A stretch of 64,000 nucleotides of DNA from the human T2T-CHM13v2.0 reference genome, Homo sapiens. Shown here one piece after another: positions 16,600 through 32,934 of the stretch (positions are counted from its first letter, which is position 1; the number at the start of each line of letters is the position of its first letter). The notes beneath the pieces are model-generated. The model was not told the DNA's origin. It worked only from the letters and a program-made list of their open reading frames with translations, and did not search any database. A program made the translations under genes and the position numbers. Where the stretch lies: NCBI RefSeq assembly GCF_009914755.1, contig NC_060933.1. One strand, 5' to 3'.

Positions 16600-17760
16600 G
16601 GCCAGGCTCTTCCCACGCCCCGGTCTCCGCGGCCCGCTCTTTCCAGCTCCGTCGCCCGTCCCCCTCTCCCCTCCCAGTCTAATTGGGAGGTCTCCGAGCC
16701 GTCTCTCCCGCTTCCTCAGGTTCCCCCGCGCTCCTCCCGGACCCCACCCCGAGGCAGCTTTCTCACAACGGGATCCTCCCCGGGCGGCGTGGGGACGCCT
16801 CCCGACCCCGAGGCCCGGCAGGAGAGCCGCCACCGCGGCCGGGTGGTCTCCGCGTCGCATGGCCCCTGCCGGCCCCCCCGCCCATGGCAGCTACATAATT
16901 AATTCGCCCATAAATAACTGATTGGGGTCGCGCACGCGCCCGGTGTCCCTAGGACTGGGATCCCCGTTAGGGTTAGGGGCGTGGGGGGTCGGGGGCCGCG
17001 GGGCTGTGCGTGCCGGGGCGCACGGTTTTGCTCCGCGGGCCTCTCTCGCTCCCTCGCGCCGGCTTTTTCCCTTTTTCTCTTTCCTTTTTTTCTTTCCTGG
17101 AGCGGAGCCCGGCGCCAGGAGTCTGGAACCAGCTTGACAGGCTTTTGAGTTATGGAGGGGGGAGGGGGAGAGGCGGGCGGCGGGGAGGGGGAAGGGAGGG
17201 CGCCGCCGCGGCGTGGGGGCGGGGCCGGCTCCCCGGTTTGGAGACTCGCCCCGACTTTGGGGTCCGCCAGCGGCGGCCGGGCGGAGGGCGGGGGACCGCA
17301 ATCGTGGGGGGAGTCACCCCGCGGGGCCCGGCGGGCGAAACGGGCCGGGCTTCAGAGCCGCAGTAAATGAGGCCCGGGGCGGGCGGGGGTGGACACGGCC
17401 TCGGGGCCACGGCCTCGGGGCCACGGCCTCCCCCGCCGAGCAAGGCATTCCTTTCCGCTGAACTGGGCGCCCGGGCCCGCGCCGCGCCCTGCACGCCTCG
17501 CGCCCGGCGATCGGGCCCAGGGCGGGGGAGCAGGGAGGCGGCCCCAGCCGGTCGCCGGCGCCCCCAGGCGCTGCTTCCCAGGAGCTCGGCTCCCCGGGAT
17601 GGAAGGGACTGATACCCAGTTAATGGGCGTGGAGCCTGAGCCCCTGAGGGTCGTCGCTAACGGGGGTCGCTCAGCAGGGCCGGCCTCCGCTGCCTGCCCG
17701 GGGTGTCTAATCACCTCTCCGATCCTTTGCCCGGATCTGAGCTTCGTCATTCACGCCCCT
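16600..17760. promoter_or_regulatory. CpG island 1 (alternative promoter or enhancer)
   Basis: Very high GC and CpG density, GC boxes (GGGGCGGGG ~17216-17224), inverted CCAAT (ATTGG 16921-16925), G-run clusters. Confidence 0.85.
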
Positions 17761-17949
17761 CCTCCCTGGCGACTTTGGGCCTGGTGACAGTCCCCCGACC
17801 CTCGCAGAGCCAGGGGCACAGTAGGCGCCTTAGCCACTGGCAGAATTTCACCGGCGCTCTGCCCGACGCCCCCAGCCCCAGAGCCGGGCGTGGGTGGAAG
17901 TGTCTGGAAGGGTGGGTTCACCAGGGCTGGGCACGTCAGCGGCCCCGTA

Positions 17950-18140
17950 CAGAGAATCCGGTGCCTGGGGTCTCTGGAGGGGGTACTCAGAGTATCCGAG
18001 GAGGAGACTCCTGGATGCTAACAGAGCCCCCAGTTAGGAGCAGTCCGCGAGACAGTTGGTAACAGTGCTGGCCTTGCCCGGGCGCCGGAAGGTTCCGTGA
18101 GGCCCAGCAAGTCCTGACTTGGCACAGGGCCCAGCACACG
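17950..18140 (+). ncRNA. Possible upstream alternative first exon
   Basis: Lies on the 3' shore of CpG island 1 and ends at donor CACG|GTAAGC (18140/18141). The 5' boundary is a guess. Confidence 0.3.
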
Positions 18141-19352
18141 GTAAGCGCTCGGTACTTGGTCACTGTTGCTTGATTTTACCATTTCGGAGGGGCTCATCTA
18201 CGCCTAGCAAAGCCCCCCTCCCGGTGACCCAAGGGGAGTTCCAGAATGTTGAGCGGCTGAGCGGCCTGGCTCCTCCTCTCGACCCCATCGAGCCAAGTGT
18301 CGAAATCATCCCAGACGAAGCTGCTGAGCAGAAATTTCCAGTCTCCCTGGCAAAGCTGGGAAGATTTTGGGTGCGGCTCAGAGACGCAGCTGGGTCGGCT
18401 CTGTGGGGCCAGGGCTGGGGAGGGACCCCAAGATGTTCTATGAGACCCAAGCAGCACCCCCAACTTGGGTTGGGGGCGTTGGGGGGTGGAGCCTGGCCTC
18501 CTGCTGAGCCCCAGAGCTGATACAGCACAGGTAAAAGCCCATTGTTCTCAGTGGTCCACAGAGGCTCAGGGCAGGAGCAAGATCAGGGTTCGGGTGCTGG
18601 CGCCACCCCTCGTTTAGCCCCTACCTGGGATCTGAGTGAGCACCCATCCTTGGAATGCAGGATAATAGGGTTGCTGTGAGGATGGAAGGAGACTGTGCCC
18701 ATGAACACTTGACACAGCTCCCTGCCCTGGGGAAAGCACCCAGGAAATGCGGGCTGTTTGTCTTAGTGATGTTCCACTTAATAGCACTTGCGGTGGCTCC
18801 CTGGCCCCCGAGGAGCCCACCTTGCCAGTTCTTGGCCACAGGAGTACGAGCCCCTCTGTCAGGACGGTGGGTCTCATTGAGGCCATCCTTATCCTGAGCA
18901 ACCTAAAGAACTCACATGGAACTTAGCAAACAGGCAGACCCTTGCCTTGTTCTCAGGGCTGTGTGATCCCGGGTGAGCAACTCGGCCTCTCTGAACCTGG
19001 TTCTCCTCTGCAAAACAGAGATGATGGCCTGGGACCCTCTCCCACTACAGGGAAGTAGCATTGGAGGGGGAAGAGACAGGGGGAGCGTCCCAGCACTGCC
19101 CAAAATTGGACAGGTGACTTTGGACAAGTCTGAATGAGACTGAATAAGACAAAACGGAGTAACATTAGAGCTTGCTGGCTACTCTCTGCCCTGGGCCGGT
19201 GCTAGATGTTTTACATGCACTGTTAATCACTGTTACTCGGGGAGGGAGATTTTATTATTAACTTTCTTTTCCAGATGAGGTAACTGAGGCTCAGAGAGGT
19301 TGATTCACTTTCTCAAGGACACACAGCTAGGAAATGATAGAGTCACGATTCA

Positions 19353-19765
<413 letters not shown>

Positions 19766-20448
19766 CTTTAATTTTTTTAATATAACATTTTAAAGTCCCT
19801 ACTGTGTGCAGGGCATCAAGGTAGGTGGCAACAAAAACGAAGATGCCAGGACCCCAGCCTTTGAGATGCTCATAGCCGAGTGGGGACACAAGACTTGGAG
19901 GAGGCGCTCCTGAGAGTTAGATGTGAAAAGCAGCACCCTAGAGGCGTCCACCAGAGCTGAGGGCACCGGGAGAGAGAGAGGTGGGTTTTGGTGTAGGGGA
20001 TGGGGAGGGAGGAGAGCTGGTGGGGGAGGCACAGAGGCCAGGGGACAGCAAAGGCTGCTCTTGAGAAATCTCAGTGGAGGGCACTGGGCCATTCCCAGAG
20101 GTTGGCACAGCAAAGCCAAAGGCATGGTGGCAGGAGAGGAGGCCATGCTCTGAGGAAGGGCCCGCAGCCCAGCGTCAGGGAGGGTAATGGGGAGGGGAAG
20201 GAGAATGGTGTTGCCGAGCCTGGGCCAGCCTGCAAAGGCTGGAGGAAGCTACCTTGCTTTATAAAAATGGGGAGCCATCGAAGGCCTTTGAGCAGAGGTG
20301 GATGTCATCCTATGGAAGTTTTACAAAGACAGCTCCATAAGCAGAGAAATGTCCCGGAAATGTACACGAAACCTAGAATGACAGCGTCAGGATGTACTGC
20401 ATGAACTTTTACAATGCTTCCTTTAAAAAAAATGGTTTTGTGTTTTTT

Positions 20449-20452
<4 letters not shown>

Positions 20453-20492
<40 letters not shown>
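20453..20492. repeat. (TG)20 microsatellite
   Basis: Perfect dinucleotide run. Confidence 0.95.
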
Positions 20493-20497
<5 letters not shown>

Positions 20498-22689
20498 CCT
20501 GTATAGGTATGACTATTCTAACAAAAGAAGGGAGGACATTTTCAAAAGACAGAGGGGAGCCAGGAGGCAAAGAGACACAGGCAGCAGGAGGGAGCCCAGA
20601 GCTGGCGGGCCAGGCTGCCCCTCTCACTGCAGGTCTGGCTGTTTGGGTGATGGGCCATCTGGCAGGTCTACAAGGAGCCCAGCAGGCAGGGCGGTGCGGC
20701 CTCTGAGATCCCTCTCTTACCTAGAGCCTGAGCCTTGCCTGACCCATGACAGTTTCAGGCTGTTCCCCCTCCTCCCAGCAGTCTGTCCCTACCAAACTCC
20801 ACCCCATGGGTTAGACTGTGGGACACAGACTGATCCTTAAATCCCATTCTGGGCCAAATGGGGACAGTGATTCCAGAGGCCTCCCTACGTCCGTGAGGAC
20901 ACATCACCCTATGACAGAGCCCCAGCCACCGTGCTAGGTGCTGTACAGGCAGTGTCTCTTGATCTGAATATAAACCTGAAAAAAAAATGTTATTTTCCCA
21001 GTTTTGCAGATCAGGAAATAGAGGCCCTCACAGTGAGGAGGGAGGGGGAATTCTCACCCAGGATGGACCCACCCAAGAGTGCGGATGGACCACTAGGCTG
21101 TACTGCCTGGGGCCCTTTAGGAGAAAATCCGTCCTCCCAGTCTCCCCAGGTCTCTTGCCTTTGGCCTGCTCTGGTTCCTGTTATAGAATGGGGGCTGCAG
21201 GCAGGCACCCCTCTGAGCTAGTCCCCTGTCCTTGGGCCGCCTCTCCTAGGCAAACTCCTATTTAGCCCGTGAAGCCCAATTAAATTATCGCTTCCTCTCC
21301 CGAGTCCTCTGGCTGCACCCCTGTCCTCTTCTCTGTGTTCCTGCGGAGCTCCCAAAGGGAGGGGAGAAAAGGCTCAGGGGACATGGCTGGGACACAACTT
21401 CCAGCCCAGCCCTGCGTGGGCAGAGAGGAGGGAACAGTCCACCTATTCTAGGCTGGACGTGAGAGGGAGGACGGCCTTGGCTCAACCCGGGGTAAGGCAG
21501 GCTGACCAGCCCCTGGGGTTATTTGGCTTGGCAGTCAGAGGAGGACAAGTTGCAGGAGAGAGAATCAAAGATTCAGGCTGCCTAGTGTGGCCACCGCCCC
21601 ATCAGCCCTAAGATGATCGCAGCCCCTTTCTGGCCACTGAATATGTGGGCACCCCAGACCTCTGTGGCAAGGCTGGGTGAGAGCTGTCTTTTGTGCACAG
21701 GTGCCCCTAGTCCCCCACCACTAGTGAGCATTCACACACAGAGGTGAACAGCCCCCTTGTGGGCCTGGAGGCTCCTAGGCCAGGTAGAGATGACCAGAGT
21801 AGGGAGCAGAGAATCCCCAGTGCCTAGCACAGTGACTGGCACTGAAGCATTTGTTGGATGAATGAATGAGTGATTGCCTGACCTCAGGCCCAGGGAGGAA
21901 GGCCTGGTGTGCATGCAGGGCAGTTCCTGGGAGGCTTCAGGGATGGGGAGAGGACAGAGAGGGACTGGGAGAGCCACAGGAAGGCAGCCTCATCTGATGA
22001 CTGACTTGGGAGGGAAACAGAATGTGGGCTGTGTTTCTGGGGAAACACCCCCCTGATGCCCGGGCACCCAGGAACTTCCAGGTACCCCCGGATCACCCCA
22101 GTGAGGACACTCCACAATTCCCCAGGAGGCATCACAGTGGGGCCGTTAAACCCAGGGACTTGGGATTCAGACACTTCTGGGCTCCAGTCCACCCCTCACT
22201 GGCTGGACCAGTTGCCTCAGTTTCCCTATGTGCACGGGGGACGGATAGGACCACGTGCTGCACAGGTTTGCTGGGAAGGCCATATGAGAGGTGCCGGCTC
22301 AGCACATCCTGTCTGCCATTGTTACAAACAACAGCACGGGAGAGTCGGGGAGCAGAGTCGGCCAAACGCAAGACCCTGGGCTCTGGCTTCCCTGTGCTAC
22401 TGACCTATGGGGTGGCTTTGGACAAGGCCCAGCCTTTCTCCAGGCCTTAGTTTCCCCATTTGTACAGTCAGGCCCTGCTAACTTGGACAGACTTTGGCCC
22501 TTCTCCAAGCCCCACAGAGACATCAGAGACATGTGCACACACGGCCCTGGGATTGCCGACAGACACACAGGCACACATAGGCACGTACACACAGGCATAC
22601 AGACACAGGCACAGACTCACACTCGGCCCCTCCCCACTCACACTCGCTCACACTCATGCTCACACTCACACCAACCCCCCTCCCCCAAA

Positions 22690-23420
22690 TCTGCTGCGCA
22701 CCAACGGTTGGTGCGAGCGGGGTTGAGAACGGGAGGAAAAAAGCCCACGACTCAGCCCGGGAAGAGGGGTGCGGTGGGGGAAGGGCGGGCGAGGGAAATG
22801 ACAGCCCGCGGTCCCCCTCGAGTCCCGGCTCATGAATATTAATACGGCGGTAATTAAAATGCAGGGACGCAGCAGGATGGATGCGGCTGCCTCCGGAGCG
22901 CGGGGGAGCGCGGAGTCTTTGCAGGCGGGTGAAGCCCGCTCCTCGCCGGCGAAAAGCGGGGCCGGGCTCCGGGGCCTGGGTCCGGGGCGGGCGGGAGTGG
23001 GGACATTTTTCGTGGTCCCGAGCGTCCCGTCCCGGCGTCCCCGCCCCCGCCCCGCGGCCGCCTCTCCACGCCCTGCCCCGGGCCGCCCGCCAGGCCGCCG
23101 TTTCCCGGAGCCGGCCCCCTCCCGCCCTCGCGGCCGGCTGATGTCATCTGCACACAACTTTCCGCTTCCCGGCCCGTCTCGGGGCCCTGAGTCATCGCCG
23201 CCCCCGGCCCCGACGCTGGCCTGCGGCGTCTGTTTGTGCAGAGCGAGGCCCCGCCGGCCGGGCTTGACGTCAGGCTGGCAGGGCCTGGAACGGCCCCGCA
23301 TCGCGGCCCCCTGGGGGCAGGACGACACCGCTGGGGGCCGAGGGCAGGGCACGCCTTCGGAATCCGGCTTCGAAGCCGGCCGCCTGACCTGGGGCAAGTG
23401 CTTTCAACTCTCTGAACTTC
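22690..23420 (+). promoter_or_regulatory. CpG island 2, main LINC00963 promoter
   Basis: CpG-dense; GC boxes; TGATGTCA (23139-23146); ETS-like TTCCG/TTCCCGG (~23159-23172); AP-1 TGAGTCA (23188-23194); perfect CRE TGACGTCA (23265-23272). Confidence 0.85.
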
Positions 23421-23808
23421 GGTTCCTCATCTGCCAGTTGGCAGACGCTCAGCAAATCTTCCTAGACTCACGGGGCGAATTGTACAGTTGGGTAAATCGA
23501 GGCCCAGAGATGGCAAAAGGACCGTCCAAGGTCGTACAGCCACCCGGAATTACAATTCTTTTCTGCCGGGTCACACGCTGTCATCCACGTGTTACCTAAG
23601 AGAGCTTTCCAGCCTGTGCTAAGAAAACTGCCCCACATCATCTGCAGTAGGACGGGGGAGTTGGAGCCCTGGTCAGGCCACTCTGCTACTGACCACAGTT
23701 TTCTCATCTCTAAAAAGGCGCAGTAACAATATAATTACCGTATGCAGTCCCCCAGGATACAGGGTCAAAGGAGAGCACAACCATCGCAGTTGGAAGCCCA
23801 TGGGGCAG
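23171..23808 (+). ncRNA. LINC00963: LINC00963 exon 1 (5' end approximate)
   Basis: Starts in the CpG island after ETS-like/CRE-like motifs and ends at the consensus donor GGGGCAG|GTGAGT. Contains the recalled primer sites. Confidence 0.75.
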
Positions 23809-23812
23809 GTGA

Positions 23813-24132
<320 letters not shown>

Positions 24133-26278
24133 GGGGTCACTATTGAAGTTGGCTAATGTCACTATTGAAGTCAAGTGAGAGAGAGGGCCCTCTTGGAGTC
24201 AGACCACCTAGGTTCAAATTCTGGATCCTGCTTCCGGCTCCTTTCCTCTGTCCCCCTTCTCCCCTCGGTGCCCTCCAACCAGTGGGCCTGGGAAAGCGTG
24301 TTCATGCTGGAAATGCCTGCCCAGCCCTTGCCCAGTCACACAGAGCAAGTGCCCCAGAAATGTCCTGAACCTCAGTTTACTGAGGGGAAACTAAGAACCT
24401 TCTGGCTACAGCTCTTGGGCTGAGCAGGGATTAGGCTCGGGTCTGCGATCCCAGGCCCTGCGGCCTCCCAGAGGCTTGGTTGAGAGCTCTGGCTCTCACT
24501 CCCCCACCTCCACCCAGCACCTGCCCCGGTCCAGGCTCACCCCCTACCCCTCCACCTGGTCAGTGGTGGCTCGGCCTCCTCTCAGCCCCTCCACCCCTCC
24601 TGGCTGTACACACCCTCAAGCTAACGGAATTCAAACTGGTGGAGGAAGGCCTGCCCTGTCCCTCCCAGCCCCTGCCTCTCCCTCCCTACTCCCAGCCTCA
24701 CTGGACCACTTTCAAGTCCTCCAGTGCTCCAGGCTCCATCTTCATGCCTCCAGGCCTTTGCACGTGCTGGTCCCTCTCCCATTCTCCTGGTTAACTCCTC
24801 CACCTCCATCCGAGCTAGGATCTTCCCCTGGAGAGTGTCCCGGTTAGCACTACCCCACAACACACACACACACCGACATACACGCCCCACATCACAGGGA
24901 CCACATCCCACACAGGCACAGACACACTGCATGACGCAGATCACAGGCACAAAGGTGCATGCGTGCACACATACACACTCCCACTCCATATGCCAATACA
25001 CTTATCCCCCTACTCCCACATCACACAGACGGTTCCACACACTCCTCACACGCTCTGGCCACACAGTAAACACACACAGACCACAGAGCTCATGTCTGGG
25101 CTGCCCTGGTGCCCTCCTCTGGGCTCGTGCCCCCAGCCTCAGCATTTACCCCCCATTGAGGGCAGGGACCCACCCAGCTCCGTTTTCCTCCATTTCAGCT
25201 CAGGGCCCTGCACCAAGTCTCTCCCAGTTGTTGCTTGGACCCGGACTCCTCCCACAGTCACCACTGTCACAGTCCCACCTCCTTCAAGGTCTCAAACACC
25301 CCTCCCCTGTTTCTGGCAGGAGCCGTCCTCACTCCCTCTATTGCCTCTCCAGACCCAGACTTCACCCTCAGGTCACCCTCACCTGGACTTTGGGGTGCCC
25401 CACACCCCGCCCCAGGCCCTGGCCTCTGGAATATTTGGAAACTTGAACTGGGCCAGAGGCTTAAGCTCACATCTGTCTGGAGCCTCAACTTTCTCCTCTG
25501 TAAAATGGGCTAACACTGAAAGAACCTTGCAGAATCTCAGCAACGTCACAGAGGACATTGTTAGCACAGCCAGCGGGCTCCTGCTGGGCTGAGTTTGTGG
25601 GTAATCCAAGCCTCGGCAGGTACAGTTCCTCCCTCAGGTGAGTGTTCCACCCCCAAGTGAGCATCCTGCTGCCCTTCCTGCAAATCAGGCCCCTGGGACA
25701 CTTAGTGCTGAGCCTTGGGGGTGGGGTATTTGATCGGGGTTCCTGACAAGTGGCTGGGTTGTCTGTTCCCTCTCTTCAGAGGGAGCCTCCATGGGTGGCC
25801 TGGGCTCACATCGGCTCCTCCAGTCCAGCAGAGCACCCCCCCCTGGCTGCCCAGCTTGTTGAGAGAACTTGCTGAGCAGGACAGTGAGCCCTTCCTGGTG
25901 GGGAACCGGAATCAGGAGAAGACAGAGGGGAGGTGGCAGGCCCCAGGATGGAGGGAGGGCAGCTGAGCTGCCTGCCCTCATCCTCCCTGCCCTTCAGGTA
26001 TTAGGGCCCTTCCCATGGCCCAGTAGGAACCCAGCGGCTCACCTGAGCCCGGACTAAGGATGGGGCATTTTACCCCATATGCAGAGATGAGAAACAGAGG
26101 CCCAAGGAGGGAAGGGACTGAACACAGGGTGGAACAGCCCTGGGCTGCGCCTGTGTTTCCATCCGCCTTCCTCCTGCCTGTGCTCGAGTCACGTGCTGGT
26201 GTGCAGGGAACAGGAAGACAGCCGCTGCCCTCACAGGCTCAGGGTCTAGCAGAGTCCACAGTGACCACAGGCGAATAA

Positions 26279-29577
<3,299 letters not shown>

Positions 29578-30289
29578 TAGCTTGATTTATAACTTGTAAA
29601 TACCTAGACATGAGGTATGTGGGCCTCGGCTTGCACTCCTGCCCCAGGCTGACCCCTGGTGCTGCCCAGAGAGAAGCCGCCTCCCTGGGCTGACCCCTAA
29701 CCAGCAGGCTGACCCCCAGGGGATCCTGCAGGCTTCTTCAGAGCTTCCTACTCCATGCACCCTCGCTGGGCTCAGTCCAGCCCCCTGCCTTTGTCTGAGG
29801 GTCCTCCTGCCTCCCTGTTTGAGGATTCAACTCCAGCCCCTCCCTGCCCTCACCCTTCTTCCTGTCCCTTGTCCATGGAGATCCTGGGCTCTGGTTTTAT
29901 TTGGCCACAGTGGCATCTGTCACGAGCTGACCAGCTGGGTATGAGTCCTGTCCCTCCTTCCGGAGAGACGGAGAGCTCCTAGAAGCAGCGCCTCCCAGCA
30001 GAAGCAGAATCTTGCCCTGGGGAGGAGTACAGCTCAGAACCCGCAGACTCGGGGTCAAATCCCAGCTCTGTGACTTTCTTGATGCGTGACCTTGGGAGGC
30101 AGCTTTGCTGCCCTGAGCCCTGTTTCCTCCCCGGAAAACCCATAATAATAACTGTACCTCTTCCAGTGAGGAGACAAGGTGGAATAGAACGCAGAGCCCA
30201 CGTGTGCCTGGCACTTGGCAAGTACACCGGGAAGAAGGAATTGGGAAGGGCAGGAGTTACATCATTCACCTGTTTACAGCTGAGCAAAC

Positions 30290-31400
30290 TAGCGGAGGCT
30301 CGGCGAGGTGAAGCCAGTCCCCCAAGGTCACACAGCCGGCCGGCCGGCCGCAGGACAGGGGCCGAAGACGTAGTTGTCTGACCTGTGCTCTAACCACTGT
30401 GCTCTCTGGCCTCAAGCCGGCTCCCACACTACCCTTCCCTGTTCTCCGTGGCCCTCCAGCGCCTGAAAGCCGCTTGGGGGCCGCGGAGGCAGGTGGCATG
30501 GCCAGGGCAGAGTCCGCGGGGCGGAAAGGGTTAACGGGCTCCGCCGCATTGGGCTGTCCTTCAAGGGGGGAGCCAGCCAATGAGCGCGCGCCGCGATGAG
30601 GTAATGCCGGGACCACGCGGAGTGGGCGGGGCTGACGGGGACCCCGCAGAGCTCAGCGCTTCTTCTCTCCCCACCTACCCCTCACCTTTGACCTTGATGT
30701 ACACCCTCCCCTCCCCCAACCTTACCCCTGCAGAGGCGCCCGAACTGAAAGTCGGCTGCAGGGCCGCGGGCCTCCCTTAGTCTGGGACAGGAACTGAGAG
30801 ACGTCCCGGCCTCAGTCACACCCTCTGGGCCTCAGTTTCCCTTTCTGCAAGAAGCAGAGTGGGTGATCGCTAAAGACCCTACCAGCTGTGGACGTCCTTG
30901 GATCCCAGGACAGTTTTCAGCCCTTCCCTGCCCTTGGCCCGAACTTTAACGGTCCCAGCCCCGGCTTCCCCTCAGGCGGTGCCCAGTGCCAGGACCTAGG
31001 AGTCCCTCGGGCCACGGGGAGAGAGCCTCACCGGCCCAGCCACGCCCTCCATGTGACCCCGACCCATCCCTTGGGTGTCGCACCTGGCGCGCCCACCGAG
31101 GCCACTAAGCTCTGCTAGCTGCACCAGCAGCAGGACCTGCCGGCGTGGCGGTCAGAAGTCAACATTCATCCCACCGCCAGTAAAAATCGAGGGCCTACCG
31201 CCTGCCGCTCAGGGCCTCGTCCTGAGCCGTGTCCCGGGGCCGCCCGCGCCCGCCACCCCTCCCCCCGGGCCTGCAGGGAGCCCGTCCGCCCCTTTCGCGC
31301 AGTCCGGGCACGAAGTGGTTAACGCCTTTCCAGCCGAGCTGGCACCGCGCGGCCGGGCTTATTAGTCAGCTCGCGGGGAGGCGGCGAGGGGAGGGGAGGG
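30290..31400. promoter_or_regulatory. CpG island 3 (intragenic promoter or enhancer)
   Basis: CpG-rich; ATTGG (30548-30552) and CCAAT (30577-30581); GC box GGGCGGGG near 30624; donor-like GAG|GTAATG at 30600/30601. Confidence 0.7.
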
Positions 31401-31504
31401 GCTCTAGTGGAGAACCGCAGAAAGCTATTCTCAGGGGCTCCCGAGTGTGGGGAGGGCGGCTCAGCAGGAGCTGCTGCTTCCCAGAAAGTTGATTATTTTT
31501 AACC

Positions 31505-31705
31505 CAGGAAGAAGAAAGGAAGGAGGCGAGGGAGAAGGACTCAGAGAAAAGAGGAGAGGAAAAGAGAGGAGAGGAGAGGAAAGAAGTGAGGGCGGGGGAG
31601 GTCCGGGAAGGGGAATGGGGAGAGGGGAGGGAACGGGAAAGAGAGCAGGAGAGGAGGGGAGAAGGAGGGGAGGCAGCAGGGTGATGGAGGGAGAGGGAAA
31701 GGCAG
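31505..31705 (+). repeat. Polypurine GA-rich tract
   Basis: About 200 nt that are predominantly G and A. Confidence 0.8.
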
Positions 31706-32934
31706 AGCCCAGTTGGAGCTGGAGAAGCCAGCTGGCAGGGCCTGGGGAGGAGGAATGGATGCGGAGCGGGCACTGCCACCTCTCCCGTACCCCTGGGGCT
31801 CTGTGGAGCTCCATCCTGGCCTCCTGGCGCCCCAGCTGAGAGCAGCCCCCCAGCATCATCAACCTAGGCCCGGGCGGGGGCGGGGAGGGGGGCGGTGGGG
31901 CGGGGCGCTGGGCTTGGAGGAGTGGAAGGCACAAGGCAGCCGCAGCCCTGTTCTGGGGGCTCTCCAGCCAATATGTCCTTGCCCTTTGGTGGCCACTGGG
32001 ACACAGGGCTTGGGAGCCCTAGGGGAGGGGCAAGGAGGCCTCCCCTGATACTCCAGGGTCTCTCCAGGGAGGGCTTCCTGGAGGAGAGGGTGGGAGGGAC
32101 TGGGGCTCCCTTTTTCCTGCCTCTTGGTGGAGCCAGGCTGAAAACCAAACCCAGAGAGGGCCCCAGGAGGGTGCTGGGGACACAGTGACAAACAAGACAG
32201 CCACAGCCAGGCCCACACAGGGCAGTCCTACAGCAGAGACGGTAGCTGCACAAATCATGATGAATAAGGCATTAAAGAATGACAAGGGGGTAGCGGGCAG
32301 GGAGCACTGGTCCCCTGGGCCTGGCCTCCGCAGAGGTCGCAGAAGACCTCCCTGAAGAGGGTGCCTGAGGACCAGGGTGGCTGACGAGGGGAGGAGAGAC
32401 TGGTGGAGGCAAGAGGGACAGGGGTGGTCTGGATGGGGACCCCCAGCCACAGACCTAAGAGCTTGAGAGGGGATCACTATGGCCAGTGGCAGGGAGGGGG
32501 TCATTTGGCCTGAGACCAGCCCTTGTCTTGTGGTGGCTGGAAGCTTAGGAAAGGTTTTATAGAGAAAAGAGACTAGATTGCCGAAGCTTACTCAGAATGG
32601 TAGGGACAAGAGTGGACACAGAAGCCGGTTGGGAGTGTGGCACTGAGATCCAGGGGAGATGGTGGCAGCTGGCTGAGACAGTGTGGGAGGTACAGGGGAC
32701 AGGGCATGGTGTGAGGGTGAAGGAGGCGAAGGAGGGGCTGGGGAGGCTCCTTGGGCCCTGGCATGTGCAGTGGGTGGACACTGGTGCTGTCCCCGAGGCA
32801 GAGGACAGCATGGGGGAGCAGGTTCATGGGAGGCCAGGCATTTGTTTTGAGACATGGTGGGGGCAGCCAGGAACGGTGTGCCAGGGGGAGGAACAGCTTG
32901 AGCAAAGGTGCAGAGAGGAGACAGGCAAAGAGAA

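Noticed and set aside
22832-23599. 255-aa ATG-initiated ORF, and the antisense 243-aa ORF, as a protein gene
   Set aside because: Pro/Arg/Gly/Ala-rich CpG-island artefact, open on both strands, with the ATG upstream of the likely TSS. Only the last 29 codons are kept as a micropeptide candidate.
24724-25592. 240-aa and 209-aa overlapping ORFs
   Set aside because: Low-complexity CA/C-rich sequence with no recognisable domain.
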